A stretch of 62,952 bases of DNA, the filler included, from Rhabdomonas costata (Eukaryota), in NCBI GenBank assembly GCA_019059605.1. It is 50 parts of 50 records of this genome, joined end to end, with 100 filler letters (N's around TTAATTAATTAA, not from the genome) between each part and the next. Parts side by side here need not be neighbours in the genome. Positions count along the whole stretch, not along the records: positions 1 to 1,162 come from JAHMHO010025589.1; positions 1,263 to 2,423 come from JAHMHO010025590.1; positions 2,524 to 3,684 come from JAHMHO010025591.1; positions 3,785 to 4,946 come from JAHMHO010025592.1; positions 5,047 to 6,204 come from JAHMHO010025593.1; positions 6,305 to 7,466 come from JAHMHO010025594.1; positions 7,567 to 8,730 come from JAHMHO010025595.1; positions 8,831 to 9,992 come from JAHMHO010025596.1; 42 more parts are not named here. The stretch is one strand, 5' to 3'. A program made the position numbers and the translations under genes. The stretch's first letter is position 1, and every line of letters begins with the position of its first letter. This document shows, piece by piece, positions 1-12,080 of this stretch. The notes under the pieces are model-generated. The model had not been told where the DNA came from. It searched no databases and saw only the letters and a program-made list of their open reading frames with translations.

Positions 1-1162
1 GTGTTGTAATACCAGGTAGTGAACAGGATTGAGAAGGATTGAGAAGAGGGTCCGGGAACAGCAAGAAACAGGTTACCATGGGAGCAGCGTACCATGGGAT
101 CTCTTGACTATCTCTTTTTTTTTACATTACCAGCCAATGGGAGCGGGCCAGTTCGGGAGGGAAGCTCTTGCCGCGGCACGGACGCAGCACACAGGGGAGG
201 GCAGGGGCACTAAAAGGAAAAGGATCACAGAAAAAAATTGATGTGCGCATGGTAGAGTGATGAATACTATGAAAATGTGAAAAACAAATTTGCAAACCAA
301 TAATTGAGACGCCGACGTGGGAGGGAGAACGGGTGGCACAGGAGCAGTCCCGAACCATACCGGGCAACTGGGCTGGTATGGGCGCATTTCTGCAGGAAGG
401 CATCAAGCAAAAACAAGGACACAAAAGGACGAGAAAAGACTGTACTTGCACGCTGCTGAGGAGGCGGGAGACAAAGGACAGATTGACTGGGGCAGTGCCG
501 AAGCTGTCTGCACCCTCATCTCCTCCAATGCATCGTGCACAACGATTCAGCACATTTGCCACCACTCCCACACAGAGATGAGTGGTCGCATACAGTAAAA
601 AAGTACGAACCCCCAGAGCGGAACCATACAGAATTCCGCTCCGAGAAAAAACAAGCGTGGGAGCCCCCAGACAGGTTTTTTGGACGGGGCGGAATGTTTC
701 GACCAATCCACCCCGGAGGAGGAGGAAACTTGCAGGTCAGTAGGCCAGAGTGCGAGCGGTTCGTGTCCCGATTTCACTGAGCACACAGAGGGGAGGATGG
801 GAATGCAAGGGCGCAAAGGAGTAGCACAAACAGGGGCGCTTCTCGCAATGCTGGTGTGCCGGAGGAAGGTGATGAAACCCTGACACCCAGCGGCAGGCTC
901 ACCCAACAGCGCCAGAGATTGTCAGAATTCAGTGTGCAGTATGAACCAGTATGACAGAAATAGAAACTAAAGCACAAAAAGGCAAACATAAAGTTGAGTT
1001 CCGCGCGTGTCCAACACTACGTAGAAAGCCCAGCCTCCCGCTAGCAAAAGAGCGGGGTGACACCAAGGGACACAAGGATACTTTCGTGGGTGTATGTGTG
1101 TAGGGTGGCAAGTGATGGGGGCATTACTGTCACCTGCTCTTCCCTCAATGCAACAACCCCCC

Positions 1163-1262
1163 NNNNNNNNNNNNNNNNNNNNNNNNNNNNNNNNNNNNNN
1201 NNNNNNTTAATTAATTAANNNNNNNNNNNNNNNNNNNNNNNNNNNNNNNNNNNNNNNNNNNN
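1163..1262. other. Artificial contig-joining linker N44-TTAATTAATTAA-N44 (first of 49 copies, about every 1.26 kb; last at 61693-61792)
   Basis: Identical 100-nt unit each time. TTAATTAATTAA gives stops in all six frames. The flanking sequences are unrelated to each other. Confidence 0.99.
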
Positions 1263-1759
1263 TGATCCTACTGTCGCCTCACCAGGAACTTTGCTCGTGC
1301 CATTCATTGCCATCCCTATGGTATCTTTGATCCTTTTTTTTTCTTGAACGCCCTTCTTTCCACAATCCGATGTTTGGTATGAATTCATATTTTTTTTCAG
1401 GTTTCCATGACCTTTGGAGCTTTCCGGTGATCTTCCAGCATTGAATCGTTTTTTTATAATCAGCTATGCAGACAACGCCACCATCACACAAAAGGGCACA
1501 CCAACCAAACCTCGGGAGCGAGTAAAAAAAGAAAAGCAAGCTGTGTGGAAAGTAGCGCAAGGGAGACCAGGAAAAGTGATATCACAGGGCCGACCGTGCA
1601 GAGCAAAAAATACAACGAAGCTACTCAACGCAGCTCGTTGAGCAGGGAGATGGAGAAGTCCATCAAAACCTAACTCCAGCTGTGTTACCAAGTGGTATAT
1701 GTTGCCACTCCTGGAAGTTTCTGTTCAAAGTCTTGCGGAGCTTGTTTTTCATGTTTTAG

Positions 1760-1950
1760 TTGTGTTTTGAAAGGGATTCCGTTCAAGGAAAGGTGGTGAT
1801 TGGTGGTGGCCCTTCAGGTGGTGACCTACAACATTCCCAACCTGACCAGCCCACTCAATCTGTCCAGGAGCTTGCTGGCCGACATTTGGGCAGGTTTGTT
1901 CAACAGCCGACCCTTGACCCCCAGGTCGTCAGGTGTCATGCTGACTAAAG
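1760..1950 (+). mobile_element. Possible highly decayed LINE AP-endonuclease remnant
   Basis: Translation GKVVIGG..GGDL...FVQQPT resembles the APE 'VI.GDFN' and 'Q.V..PT' motifs; stops and frameshifts present. Confidence 0.25.
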
Positions 1951-2233
1951 GGGGGCCCGTATTATGGACGGACTCTTGCCGAAGAGCTTCTGGCTTTTGG
2001 TTAATGGTAGCGAAGCAAGACAAACACCCAGAAAAGACGACGCGAGAACAATGTCTGAGTCACATTGCACGGTGTACACGGTGTACAAAACAAAGGCGGT
2101 GTACACGGTGCGGGCAACAAGGTACAATCGAATGGGAGGTTTGTCCTTCTCTCTGGTTTCCAATGTCACGCTCTTTCGGCTAAACAAAGCGCCAGTTAGA
2201 ATTGGGGGCAAATAGCCCTGCGCTGTGCTTGCT

Positions 2234-2347
2234 GTGTGTGTGTGTGTGTGTGCGTGTGTGTGGGGGTGGGGGGGAGTGGAACTCGAGTCCTCCCCAGAAA
2301 AAACTCATCCTTGCCAAGTGCCAAGTGTGTGTGTGTGTGTGTGTGTG
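2234..2347 (+). repeat. Two (TG)n microsatellites
   Basis: TG runs at about 2234-2261 and 2325-2347. Confidence 0.9.
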
Positions 2348-2527
2348 GATGGGCACTGCGCACACTCTCACCCCAATGGCCGCCGTGTTGTCCAGCACAA
2401 CACAACCCAAACACACCCACCACNNNNNNNNNNNNNNNNNNNNNNNNNNNNNNNNNNNNNNNNNNNNTTAATTAATTAANNNNNNNNNNNNNNNNNNNNN
2501 NNNNNNNNNNNNNNNNNNNNNNNTGTT

Positions 2528-2680
2528 TGTGTGTAGACTTTTTCTGAGCTTTTTTTTTTTCCCCCGGAAGTTTTCCATAGGATAGCCTACCCCCACAAAC
2601 ATGGGGCTTGAAGGCCCTATGGAGGCTTGAAACGCCGACTACCTCGCGCAAAAAAAAAGCTCAGAAAAAGTCTACACACA
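2528..2680. repeat. Perfect 31-bp inverted repeat at contig start (2528-2558 / 2650-2680), 91-nt spacer
   Basis: TGTGTGTAGACTTTTTCTGAGCTTTTTTTTT and AAAAAAAAAGCTCAGAAAAAGTCTACACACA are reverse complements. Confidence 0.95.
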
Positions 2681-5600
2681 GACACACACACGGACATTTT
2701 CCCGTTTTTTTTCGTATTTAAACCCTACACTACACTACGTTTCGTTACGGGAAAAAGGATCCAGCCGGAACAACCTCTCGCCTTTGCCCAGAACTCACCA
2801 TTTCAATTCCAACCGACTACTTTGACTACTGTAACGAAGTGGATGACGACGACGATCCCAACGAACCTGTCACTGAGGGGCCCTCACCCACCGGATACCG
2901 AACCGCTCGGCTCCTGGACAAACTTCCCCGCCAGTCAAGCTCTGATGAGGAGGACAGCCATTCGCCTTCAGCAAGCGAATCAAGACTATCAGGAACCCGA
3001 GTGCATACACCACTCAAGGCAAATAAAAAGCAAACCAAACTTCCAGCAGTAGAGCCTCAAAGACTTGAGCAATGAATTCTAACGGCGATCTTCAAATCAT
3101 CCGTCAATACGACGCCCAGGTACCGAGCAGCACACAGGGAACATCAACGCAAGTACGGGTGGTCTACCCGTTTCGCCATTATCGACGGCACGTGCGCCTC
3201 ACCAGATGCTCTACAGCTCTTGAAGATGCGGCTTCACCCTGCAGAAAGGAGAAATTCCCACCAGAGAGCTGCTCGAAGTGCACATGGAAAACCAGTGTCA
3301 AAATGACACACCGCATGGTGTTGGATTCACTGGGAACTCACACTGATTCGTACCAAACCACCACGGAAGGCATACCCTACTTCCTCGAGCTGGCCAACTA
3401 AGACAACGACGATAAGGTCACTGACATCTCAACAACCCCATACAAAACACCCCGCAATTGTTTTTTTGGCACGCAAGAAAGGCGGTATCAAATTTGTTTA
3501 GTCGAAAATCCCACCCTGACGCGTAAGTATAATACGCAGGTGTCGGTCGTGTAGAAACACACACTCACGGAGGATAACGCACGAGTTTGTTTTATTTATA
3601 TCCTTAACTCTGTCAACCCAACTCCCACTACCTACCCCAACAACTCCCCTGGACCACTCCCCGTGAAATCCACCATCAATGAGCNNNNNNNNNNNNNNNN
3701 NNNNNNNNNNNNNNNNNNNNNNNNNNNNTTAATTAATTAANNNNNNNNNNNNNNNNNNNNNNNNNNNNNNNNNNNNNNNNNNNNCGTGACAAAGGGTGTG
3801 TGTTGCACAGTGGCAGAAGCGAGATAGGCAGGCGGAGGTACAGTGGATGGGAATGTGAGCGGAGATGTGTGCGGGGTCGCCTCTTGGCAGAGCAATGGCG
3901 TGTGCATAACATTCCTGCACCTTGGCTTGGTGGGATTCGTCAAGCAAAGTAGTAAGCAAGGCGGCGAGTGTGGTTAAGAAAGTGAAGATGGCCGTGGGAG
4001 TGCGGGGATCGGTGCGGAGGCTGTGAAGTGCCTCGGGCGTAACATTTGGATGATAAGTAGGAGGCTGAGGTGTGGAAGGCGGCGCATAGCCGTGTTTCTG
4101 CTCCATGGCCTCCACATTCAAGGCAAGGTCCCCGAGCTGCTGCCATATCTTCTGAACTGCCCCCGCGAGGACCAAGTTAGCATCCTCAGTGCGGGGCATT
4201 TTTGGAGGCGGTGTGGGTTCGGAATGCGCGGTGCTCCAGGTGGCAGGTGAAGAGTTCATGATGTAGATGTAACGCAGGGCGAAAGAAATAAATAGTTTGT
4301 AAGAAAAAGAAGCCTGTGTTTACACCAACAAGGTATATGCGGGAAACGTCAGTTATTTGTTGTTCGCACAACATTTACCGCAATTCTCGTCTGCTACGGA
4401 CCGATTCCTGCTCTTCCTTATTAACCCCTCTGAGATTTCTGAACCCGCACGGAACCGCTCCGCATCAGACTTCAACACCACTAATGAGCCAGCTCGTGCA
4501 CTTTCTGGCTTATGGAAACTGGTTTGGCTCTGCTCCATTCTTCAGCCCCTTCTTCATGACTTGTTTCACGGTTGCTTCTGGATTGGAACTATGAATCTCC
4601 TCTGGGGCTGCCTCCGATGTCACTATGCGTGGGCTGGTGCTCCGGTGCTGCTCAACCTGATCAACTCTGGTTGACATGAGCACAGGCTGTTGGTCTCTGC
4701 AAAATTCTTAGCGGGAATGTGCCTGGAGCTCTCTGCACAACACTTGCGCTGGCTGGCGTCCTCACTGTGGACGACGTGGGCCTCTTTGGTGGTGCGGGAG
4801 AGTCCCTGTCTCCTGCCGCCTCTAGTTTTACTGATCTACACAATTATGAAATTCTCCAACTGACCCCTTCGGCACACTTCTCTGAACCAACTCCGTCTTA
4901 GCCAATTCACAATCCCTATAAAAGTGGCTCGTACTTCCACAAAACCNNNNNNNNNNNNNNNNNNNNNNNNNNNNNNNNNNNNNNNNNNNNTTAATTAATT
5001 AANNNNNNNNNNNNNNNNNNNNNNNNNNNNNNNNNNNNNNNNNNNNGGTGTGTGGGAATTCCAGGCCTGCATTCCAGACCTTCTCTCCACATTTCTCAAT
5101 CATGAATGCAGCATCCCAATGTTCATTTGGATTCTGAAGTTAGCGCCAGTCTCTTGCCGCTTTTCCCTGCCCTTTCAGCCCTCATTTGAATTTTCCGTGG
5201 CACCTCACCCCCACCCACCCAACGCAGTTGTGAAAGAACAGCGGACTGCCGTGCAGCCCCCACAACGCAGTGAGTGTGCGTTCTGAGCATTCAAAAAAAA
5301 GTCTACCACTACCTCTCCTCACATCATGCCCGCAACGGGGTGCCAGAGTCCATAACAAACACAAAAACATGTGCAGCGGTGCTGCGGGCGGTGCATCCGT
5401 GGGCGGGCTGTTGGGTGTCGGGTGGTCTTTTCCTGACAGCAAAGAAATCCAAGTTGGCACATGGTCCGCAGAAATGTGCAGTCATGATTCTGTCTTCTAT
5501 CTTATTCTTTCCTTACCCTTAGCCACCTGCATTGTAGAATTACAGTGCTCTTTGTTTGTCCCAGTAATTTTCGGCCCATTAGACTGACAATTTTGTGCTT

Positions 5601-5792
5601 TTATATCTGGAGTCTGCTGGGCTATCAGCGAAACACAAAACCACACGGCGGATTAACTTTTATTCCTGGTCCACGCACGAGAACTGTACAACGCGGAGGT
5701 CACCCTATCTCCACGCAGTCCTTTTACTCATCGTCACCGCCTGCAAAGCGTGTGTTTCCCCCCAAGCGAGTGTTTCCCATTTTTTGCCTGTA

Positions 5793-6198
5793 GTTTACTT
5801 GTCCCCTTTTCCGTGTGCAGCTTTTCTTTTCCTGGTACAAGTGAAAATGCAGGCCGCTCCAGCAGTGGAATTTCGCCCTGAGTGGCCCACTTGGGCCAAC
5901 GTCGAGCCTTGGCGAAGCAAAAGGCTCAAGCTGCGGAGTTTGCGAAACCTGAAGATAATGGGCTTTCTTCCCATGTTTCTCACCATCACCATTGCGAATT
6001 CTGCCTCTGAGCCAAAAACCATCTTTCTTGCGTTTCTTATTGGTGCTTGCTTCCAAACGTTGGTCATTGTTGCCCAGGCGTTGACCTTGGGAACGCAGGA
6101 GATTTTCCCGAAGTCTCTGGACATGGGCCTGGAGCGGCCTGCATTTTCACTTGTACCAGGAAAAGAAAAGCTGCACACGGAAAAGGGGACAAGTAAAC
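5793..6198. repeat. Perfect 70-bp inverted repeat at contig end (5793-5862 / 6129-6198), 266-nt spacer
   Basis: GTTTACTTGTCCCCTTTTCC...GCAGGCCGCTCCAG is the reverse complement of CTGGAGCGGCCTGC...GGGGACAAGTAAAC. Confidence 0.95.
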
Positions 6199-6353
6199 AA
6201 CACCNNNNNNNNNNNNNNNNNNNNNNNNNNNNNNNNNNNNNNNNNNNNTTAATTAATTAANNNNNNNNNNNNNNNNNNNNNNNNNNNNNNNNNNNNNNNN
6301 NNNNGGTTTGGGTGGGGGAGGCTATGACTATGTTGACTATGAAACCCACCGCC

Positions 6354-6424
6354 ACTGCATCGTATGATTGGGGTAGTGGGAAGACAGGGGCGCTTGGGAG
6401 TGGTGCAGGTCTAGGGGTTGGTCT
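6354..6424 (-). repeat. Degenerate duplicate of the AMPD exon 3' end plus intron start (copy of about 6944-7024)
   Basis: Translates ADQPLDLHHSQAPL versus TDQPLVLHHTREPL; both are followed by ...TACGATGCA. Confidence 0.6.
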
Positions 6425-6976
6425 GCGAAGAGTATGGTGGTGAGGTTAGGATTAGGATTACGATAACGGTTAGAGTTATCGGTGGTTATCGTTTGAGCTG
6501 GCTTTCGCTTTCCTGTCCTTCCACTTGTGAAGAAGAAACAAAGCGTGAAGAAGAAACAAAGCAAGTCAAACTTGTCAAAGGATTCATCTGTGCACAAACC
6601 CAAAGTGCAAGAGTGCGCCGACACCGTATTCGTAACCCGTGGGCACAACAGGAGACTGAATGTCAGGCAAGCAACCGCTCTTCTCTTATTCTCTGGCACG
6701 ATCACAATCCGATAACAACCGACCGCAACCCGCACCGAAAAAAGGCCTACTCACTGTTTGCAGGTTTGCGGCAGCACCGCTCGAACCTCGGGGATATTTC
6801 CAGATCCTGAGGCTCACAAAGCGAGTTTGGAGGTGATTCAAGTGACCGGAGAGAGGGCCGAGGTCGGTTTTAGTCGGTTTGAGTAAAAGCTAACAGATAT
6901 TATTAATCATCTATTATTAATAACAGCTATCGTCCCCCAGCAGCATTGCATCGTAGGGATCGGGGAAGCGGGAGAC

Positions 6977-7231
6977 CTCCAGAAGGGGCTCTCGAGTGTG
7001 GTGCAGGACCAAGGGCTGGTCGGTGGAGAGAGTGGTGTTCAGGCCGCGGCGGAAGAACACGGGGAAGGGGCTGCTGGAGTAGTCCGAGGCGGACAGGTGG
7101 GAGCTGCTCAGCGGGGACACCGCCAGCCCGATCCGGGCGAGGTAGAACAGGTACTCCACCGCGGGGATCCGCCCCACGCTGGCCGCGTGGCTCACACTGT
7201 CCGCCAGAAGGAAGCACGCCGCCAGGTGGCT
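6977..7231 (-). CDS. Internal exon of AMP-deaminase-family protein (catalytic motif altered)
   Basis: SHLAACFLLADSVSHA...EYLFYLARIGLAVSPLS...PFPVFFRRGLNTTLSTDQPLVLHHTREPLLE matches AMPD HLAAAF..AD.ISHG...YL.YL.QIG..MSPLSN...GLNVSLSTDDPL.FH.T.EPL.EE. Exon is 255 nt, bounded by cag| and |gt. Confidence 0.85.
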
Positions 7232-7759
7232 CTGGGAAAGGGCCAGAGGATTAGATGTGGGTGTGTCTAGCGGTGGAGAAGGAGGCAAGCAACAACACGG
7301 TATGGCTGTGGCAGTGGTGCGGAAGCGAACTTCCGTTATACCATCAACCAGATCCACATTACTCAGAACATACTCAAAAACTCAATCATCACAGTAATGC
7401 TCCTCGTGTTCGTGATCACGATCGCCATTATTATTATCATTGTCATCATCGTTACCATCACCAATANNNNNNNNNNNNNNNNNNNNNNNNNNNNNNNNNN
7501 NNNNNNNNNNTTAATTAATTAANNNNNNNNNNNNNNNNNNNNNNNNNNNNNNNNNNNNNNNNNNNNCCAACCCCTTTGAAGCTAATTTAGCAAAGTTTTG
7601 AGCCAGCTCTCTGTTACCGCTTGTAACGGTTATCAGTGGTGACATTCGGGGACATTTGGTTGCACTGCGGCGAAGACGCATGCACCGGCGTGGGCGTCCG
7701 TGTCTCACAGGAGGAGGAGCCATGGTACGTGAAGCTCTAGCTCCCAGCGCTCCTCTTTC

Positions 7760-7793
<34 letters not shown>

Positions 7794-8366
7794 GCAAAGT
7801 TTCTTCCGTACATTGTACCAAAAGGCGTGAACCCAGTGAGTGACGGCTGCCTTGTGCGTTGGCCTTGGCTTGCCTTTCTCCATTTCTCCAAGCAAGGAGG
7901 CAAGAACAAAAAATTCTCTTCTAATTATGCACGCGCTGTCGCCGCACGTGGCACGCGAACATATGTCGCGTTTCCCGAGCAGCTTTCCAGAGAACGGTGG
8001 GGGGGGGGGCGTGACGGGTATTCGGGTATTAGTGGTCGCAATCCATCATATAAGGCCTCTCATGCCACATTCCTTCAGAGCTACCCTTCCGGCCGCCAAA
8101 CTAAAGCTGAACCAATCCTCCACCCCAGAATTGGCTAGTTCTTCGGCAGCAAAAGTTGTGGAACAATGTGGTATTCTTTAACTGCCTGCCTGCTAATAAC
8201 AAAATGTTTGAGATTTCTCATTATCATCGGATTTTCTGTCACCACTGGTGCCCATCACCCACCCATGACCACTGCCCCCCCCCCCCTCCCTCCAATGTCG
8301 GTTGGGTCGACTGTGGTAAGATTATGAGAAGGATTGGTTCCATAGTGGCAGCTCTTGGGAGTATGC

Positions 8367-8724
8367 TTGGAACAATGGTGTTTGCAGTGGGAAACTTGCG
8401 GACCAGGGGACATCACAGAGACCCAATTTCTCTAGAATTCATCAATCAGACTCATCTCTTAAATTCATTAAAATGATATACTCTTCCAGAGCTTTCGTCA
8501 TAACTCCACGAAACATTGGGCAAACGCCACAGCCGCCTTGTTCATCCCTGTGGGCTTGCAGCACACGCTTTCTCCCTTCCCACCAAGCATGCCCTCCTTC
8601 TGTACTGTGCCCCCCTTTTGCTTCATTACGCCCATTATGTGTCGTGCCGAACTTGCGTCTCGGATTCCACGCTAACCTCTCGACCCTTTCCGCAAGTTTC
8701 CCACTGCAAACACCATTGTTCCAA
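8367..8724. repeat. Perfect 36-bp inverted repeat at contig end (8367-8402 / 8689-8724), 286-nt spacer
   Basis: TTGGAACAATGGTGTTTGCAGTGGGAAACTTGCGGA / TCCGCAAGTTTCCCACTGCAAACACCATTGTTCCAA. Confidence 0.95.
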
Positions 8725-10504
8725 AAACCCNNNNNNNNNNNNNNNNNNNNNNNNNNNNNNNNNNNNNNNNNNNNTTAATTAATTAANNNNNNNNNNNNNN
8801 NNNNNNNNNNNNNNNNNNNNNNNNNNNNNNTTTTGCGAAGAAGGGATTCAGACCATTGAAAGCCCCTTCTTTTTTATCCTAGGAGCAGTGCAGATTGCTC
8901 CCGTTTGGCGGTGAATCCAGGCAATTACCGGCCAAATGTCTCGAGATCGAATCCCTTCCCCCCAACCTTGGCTGTTATACTCCCCTTGGGATTCTTGGCA
9001 TACCAGTGTCTGCTGAACATTTGGTTTGTTTTGGCTCGGTCTAGGGAACGAACACGTGCACCGCATTCATGGTTGATGGATCCGTAGAGAAGAAGCAATT
9101 GAAACACAAGTTACTTGGTGCATATCCAGCACAAGCTGCGCAGCGGGTAGCGGTGCACGCTTTGGAATTACGCTTTGGAACCAACTTTCTCTCCGCTTAG
9201 ATTTGTGCATGAATCAGCCGGATACGTGTTTAAGAGTCCTGGAATTTAAATTGAAGTTTTTCAATGGGATCAATGGGATTAGAGGCCAGAAGAGAGAAGA
9301 GTTGCAGGGGGCCAAATGCTGAAAGAGTGGGGGGCCTGTCATGTGATGATTGTTTAGGTTTGTAACGTGCAAATTCCGTCGCACGCAATCTATCCACGTT
9401 TTTGTTGACGAGGTTTTAATAACTCTCCCAGAAATGCCTTGGCACGGAGCTCCAACTTTCACAGCAGCAGTGGCAGCGGCAGTCTTGATTCTGCTGAGAT
9501 AGGAGCCGGCGCTTCCAGCTCTTCGGATTCCGAAGCTGAGGACGTCGAGCATCTTCAAGAGGCCAAAAGCGTCTTCCCCTCACCCGCCCATGCATGGCAT
9601 CTTCGTGGTGTCCATGTACCACACATTTAGAGTCTCTTGAGCAGGTCTCTTGACAGGAGTTCTACTTTTATGTTAGGTTCTTGTGGACTTATTTTCCGCC
9701 CGTGCATCTTCCCTCCTACCTTCACTTTGGCAGACAGACACACATCACGCGGCGGGGTTCCTGCTGGCCTTGTTAGCAGGCGCTCTGGGACCGATTCACG
9801 GCTGCTCTGCTGTATTTCAGTGATTTTTTTTGCTGTACTTTGTCTGTTTCTTTCTTTTTGGTGAGACGTCTCTCTGTGCACGGTGACTTCTTGACGGACC
9901 TGAATATTAACTTCTATGCGTGCGTTCTTCTTTTGTACACACAAGTGGGCACATCCCGAGTGATGTCAGGTGCGTCAGGTGCTGTGGGTGAGNNNNNNNN
10001 NNNNNNNNNNNNNNNNNNNNNNNNNNNNNNNNNNNNTTAATTAATTAANNNNNNNNNNNNNNNNNNNNNNNNNNNNNNNNNNNNNNNNNNNNTGACAAAT
10101 TTCTGGACGAGGGAAGTTTTTTTCCTTTCAGTCAGCGTGTGAGCTCTTGAATACAGCATCGATCTTGCAGGTGATCCTGATTGTAACCAGTGGAGAAAAC
10201 ATCCTCTTCTCCAAATTTGCCCCTTGTGTGGGTGGATGGGTGGAGTTGCGGATTGCGTTGTCATTTCTCCAAGGTTACGGGTTTCCCTTTTTCGTTTTGC
10301 TTTCGATTAGTCCCATCTTTTTTTTATGCGATGTTGGGGTGCACGTTCGACCCGGAAAACCGCAGGCCCGCTATTAGAGGCCACCTAGAAAAATCTCGGG
10401 CGTACTATTGGGAATCTAATAGGCCTGGGTTTTGATTCTGCGAATGTTTGCTAGCTCCGCTATTTCCTTTGCTGGGTGGTTCTTCCTGCTGCGGGGTGTA
10501 CATT

Positions 10505-11192
10505 ATGTCGGAGAGTATCATCAGCTCGGGAAGCAGCAAGGGGTTGCTGGTAATGCCCATGGAGGATCTCCGGCGCACCCGGATTGTGTGCACGATTGGG
10601 CCGGCCAGCGACTCCGAGGAGGTGATGGAGCAGCTGATGGTGGCCGGGATGGATGTCTGCCGGTTTGCCGTCTGAGGCCTCGGCAAGCGCCACACGATGC
10701 GTAAGGGTCACAGGGAAGGCGGAAGCAACTTTCTTGCAAGGAAAGGAAATGTTGGTTTGTTTGTTATCCTCTCTCGTTGTGCACCAGTCAATCGCGTCAT
10801 GGCACAGGGTAAATGTTGGTCGAACCACTGCATGATTGAGAAAGTTGGTAAATGTCGGTTGAATGCATTGCTTTCCGCTCGAGCCTCGAAGCCTCACCTT
10901 TTGCGGTGGCAGGCTGAATTACTCCCACGGCACCCTGGAGGATAAGACCAGGCTCATCCAAAAGCTCCGGTCTGTGGAGCGTAAGGTGGGCAAGCCCATT
11001 GGCCTGCTTGCCGACCTTCCTGGGCCGAAAATTCGGTTGGGGATGATTCCCGCCCCTGTGGTTCTTCCTGTGGGCGGTGTGGTGGCGATCCACGCCGGGG
11101 TGAAGACGATGACGGCGGAGGAGGTGCAGCCACCTGGAAACCCGGTGATCCACCTTCCGACGTCGTACGGGGGTCTCTCGGAGGACCTTAAA
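10505..11192 (+). CDS. PYK: Pyruvate kinase, N-terminal exons (10505-10662, 10913-11192; GT-AG intron 10663-10912)
   Basis: RRTRIVCTIGPASDSEEVMEQLMVAGMDVCR|LNYSHG...IGLLADLPGPKIRLG. Splicing restores the RLNxSHG motif; the next donor gtatg is at 11193. Confidence 0.95.
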
Positions 11193-11459
11193 GTATGTTT
11201 TCGACTCATTGAAAAGCGGGTCTAGCTGCAATGGGGACGTGCAAACCCACACACNNNNNNNNNNNNNNNNNNNNNNNNNNNNNNNNNNNNNNNNNNNNTT
11301 AATTAATTAANNNNNNNNNNNNNNNNNNNNNNNNNNNNNNNNNNNNNNNNNNNNGGTGGTGGGGGTGGAAATCTGAGGTCCACATAGCAGACGCATGCGC
11401 CCTCCTGATGCGTGGGCTTGTGTGGATGTGTTACCAGTTTTTAGGCGTTCCTGTCTCGG

Positions 11460-12080
11460 ATGAGCAATGGTCCCTTGCCTGAATTCCAATAATTCGGGCG
11501 GGCTGTGGCTCATTGATCCGGTGGACATGGGGTCCCAGGCGTTTTTAGCCAGCGCAATTTCGTTTTTTTTTGCGTTTGAAGAGGGTTGGCCACACCCCAA
11601 TTCTTGTTCTGTGAAGACCTAGCATTAGGCTCGATCCGCAATCATCATGGCTGCCTCACATCCCTCAATTGGTGCCTTCACCAAGAGATGAGAGTGTGTG
11701 ATGTGTAGAAAATAAAGGTCAGAGTTCACACCGGAGACCATACATGCACGCAGAGCAAGAGAGGACTATTTCTGGGAGCAATTGTTTGTTCGGAGCCACA
11801 GAGCCTGTCGTCTCACGTGCTGCTCTTTCCATAATGCTCGTGGGGTTGCCGGAACCCACGTGGATGCAGCGCAAGCAACATCCCATTCCCCCTGCAGCAG
11901 CTCATCGGCACAGCCTGACGGTCCCCACACTGGAAAGGCCGCAAAGCAAACCGCTTCCGAGGGGGCAACGCAGTCGCTCGAGGGGCTTGCCAGGAAGGCC
12001 CGGGACCCACGCTCCGACGAAGCCAGCTCAGCCAGAGCCGGGTGGGCACTCTCCAGCTCTGTGGGGCTGTACCTTTGGGT
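11460..12080 (+). mobile_element. Decayed CRE-type non-LTR retrotransposon, post-RT (thumb/linker) region
   Basis: EQWSLA*IP..SGGLWLIDPVDMGSQAFLAS matches the QW..A.LP...GGLG.......AFLAS motif; later SARAGWALSSSVGLYL. Stops and frameshifts present. Confidence 0.55.

Noticed and set aside
2202-2479. ORFs ending in XXXX...LIN or rich in CVCV/HTHT
   Set aside because: Read-through into N linkers and microsatellite translations.
6444-6478. Telomere-like TTAGGA/TTAGG repeats
   Set aside because: Only a few degenerate units, internal to the contig; not a TTAGGG array.
8860-9080. Possible retroelement RNase H remnant (LPGFTAKREQSALLLG)
   Set aside because: Single weak motif interrupted by stops; not enough support.
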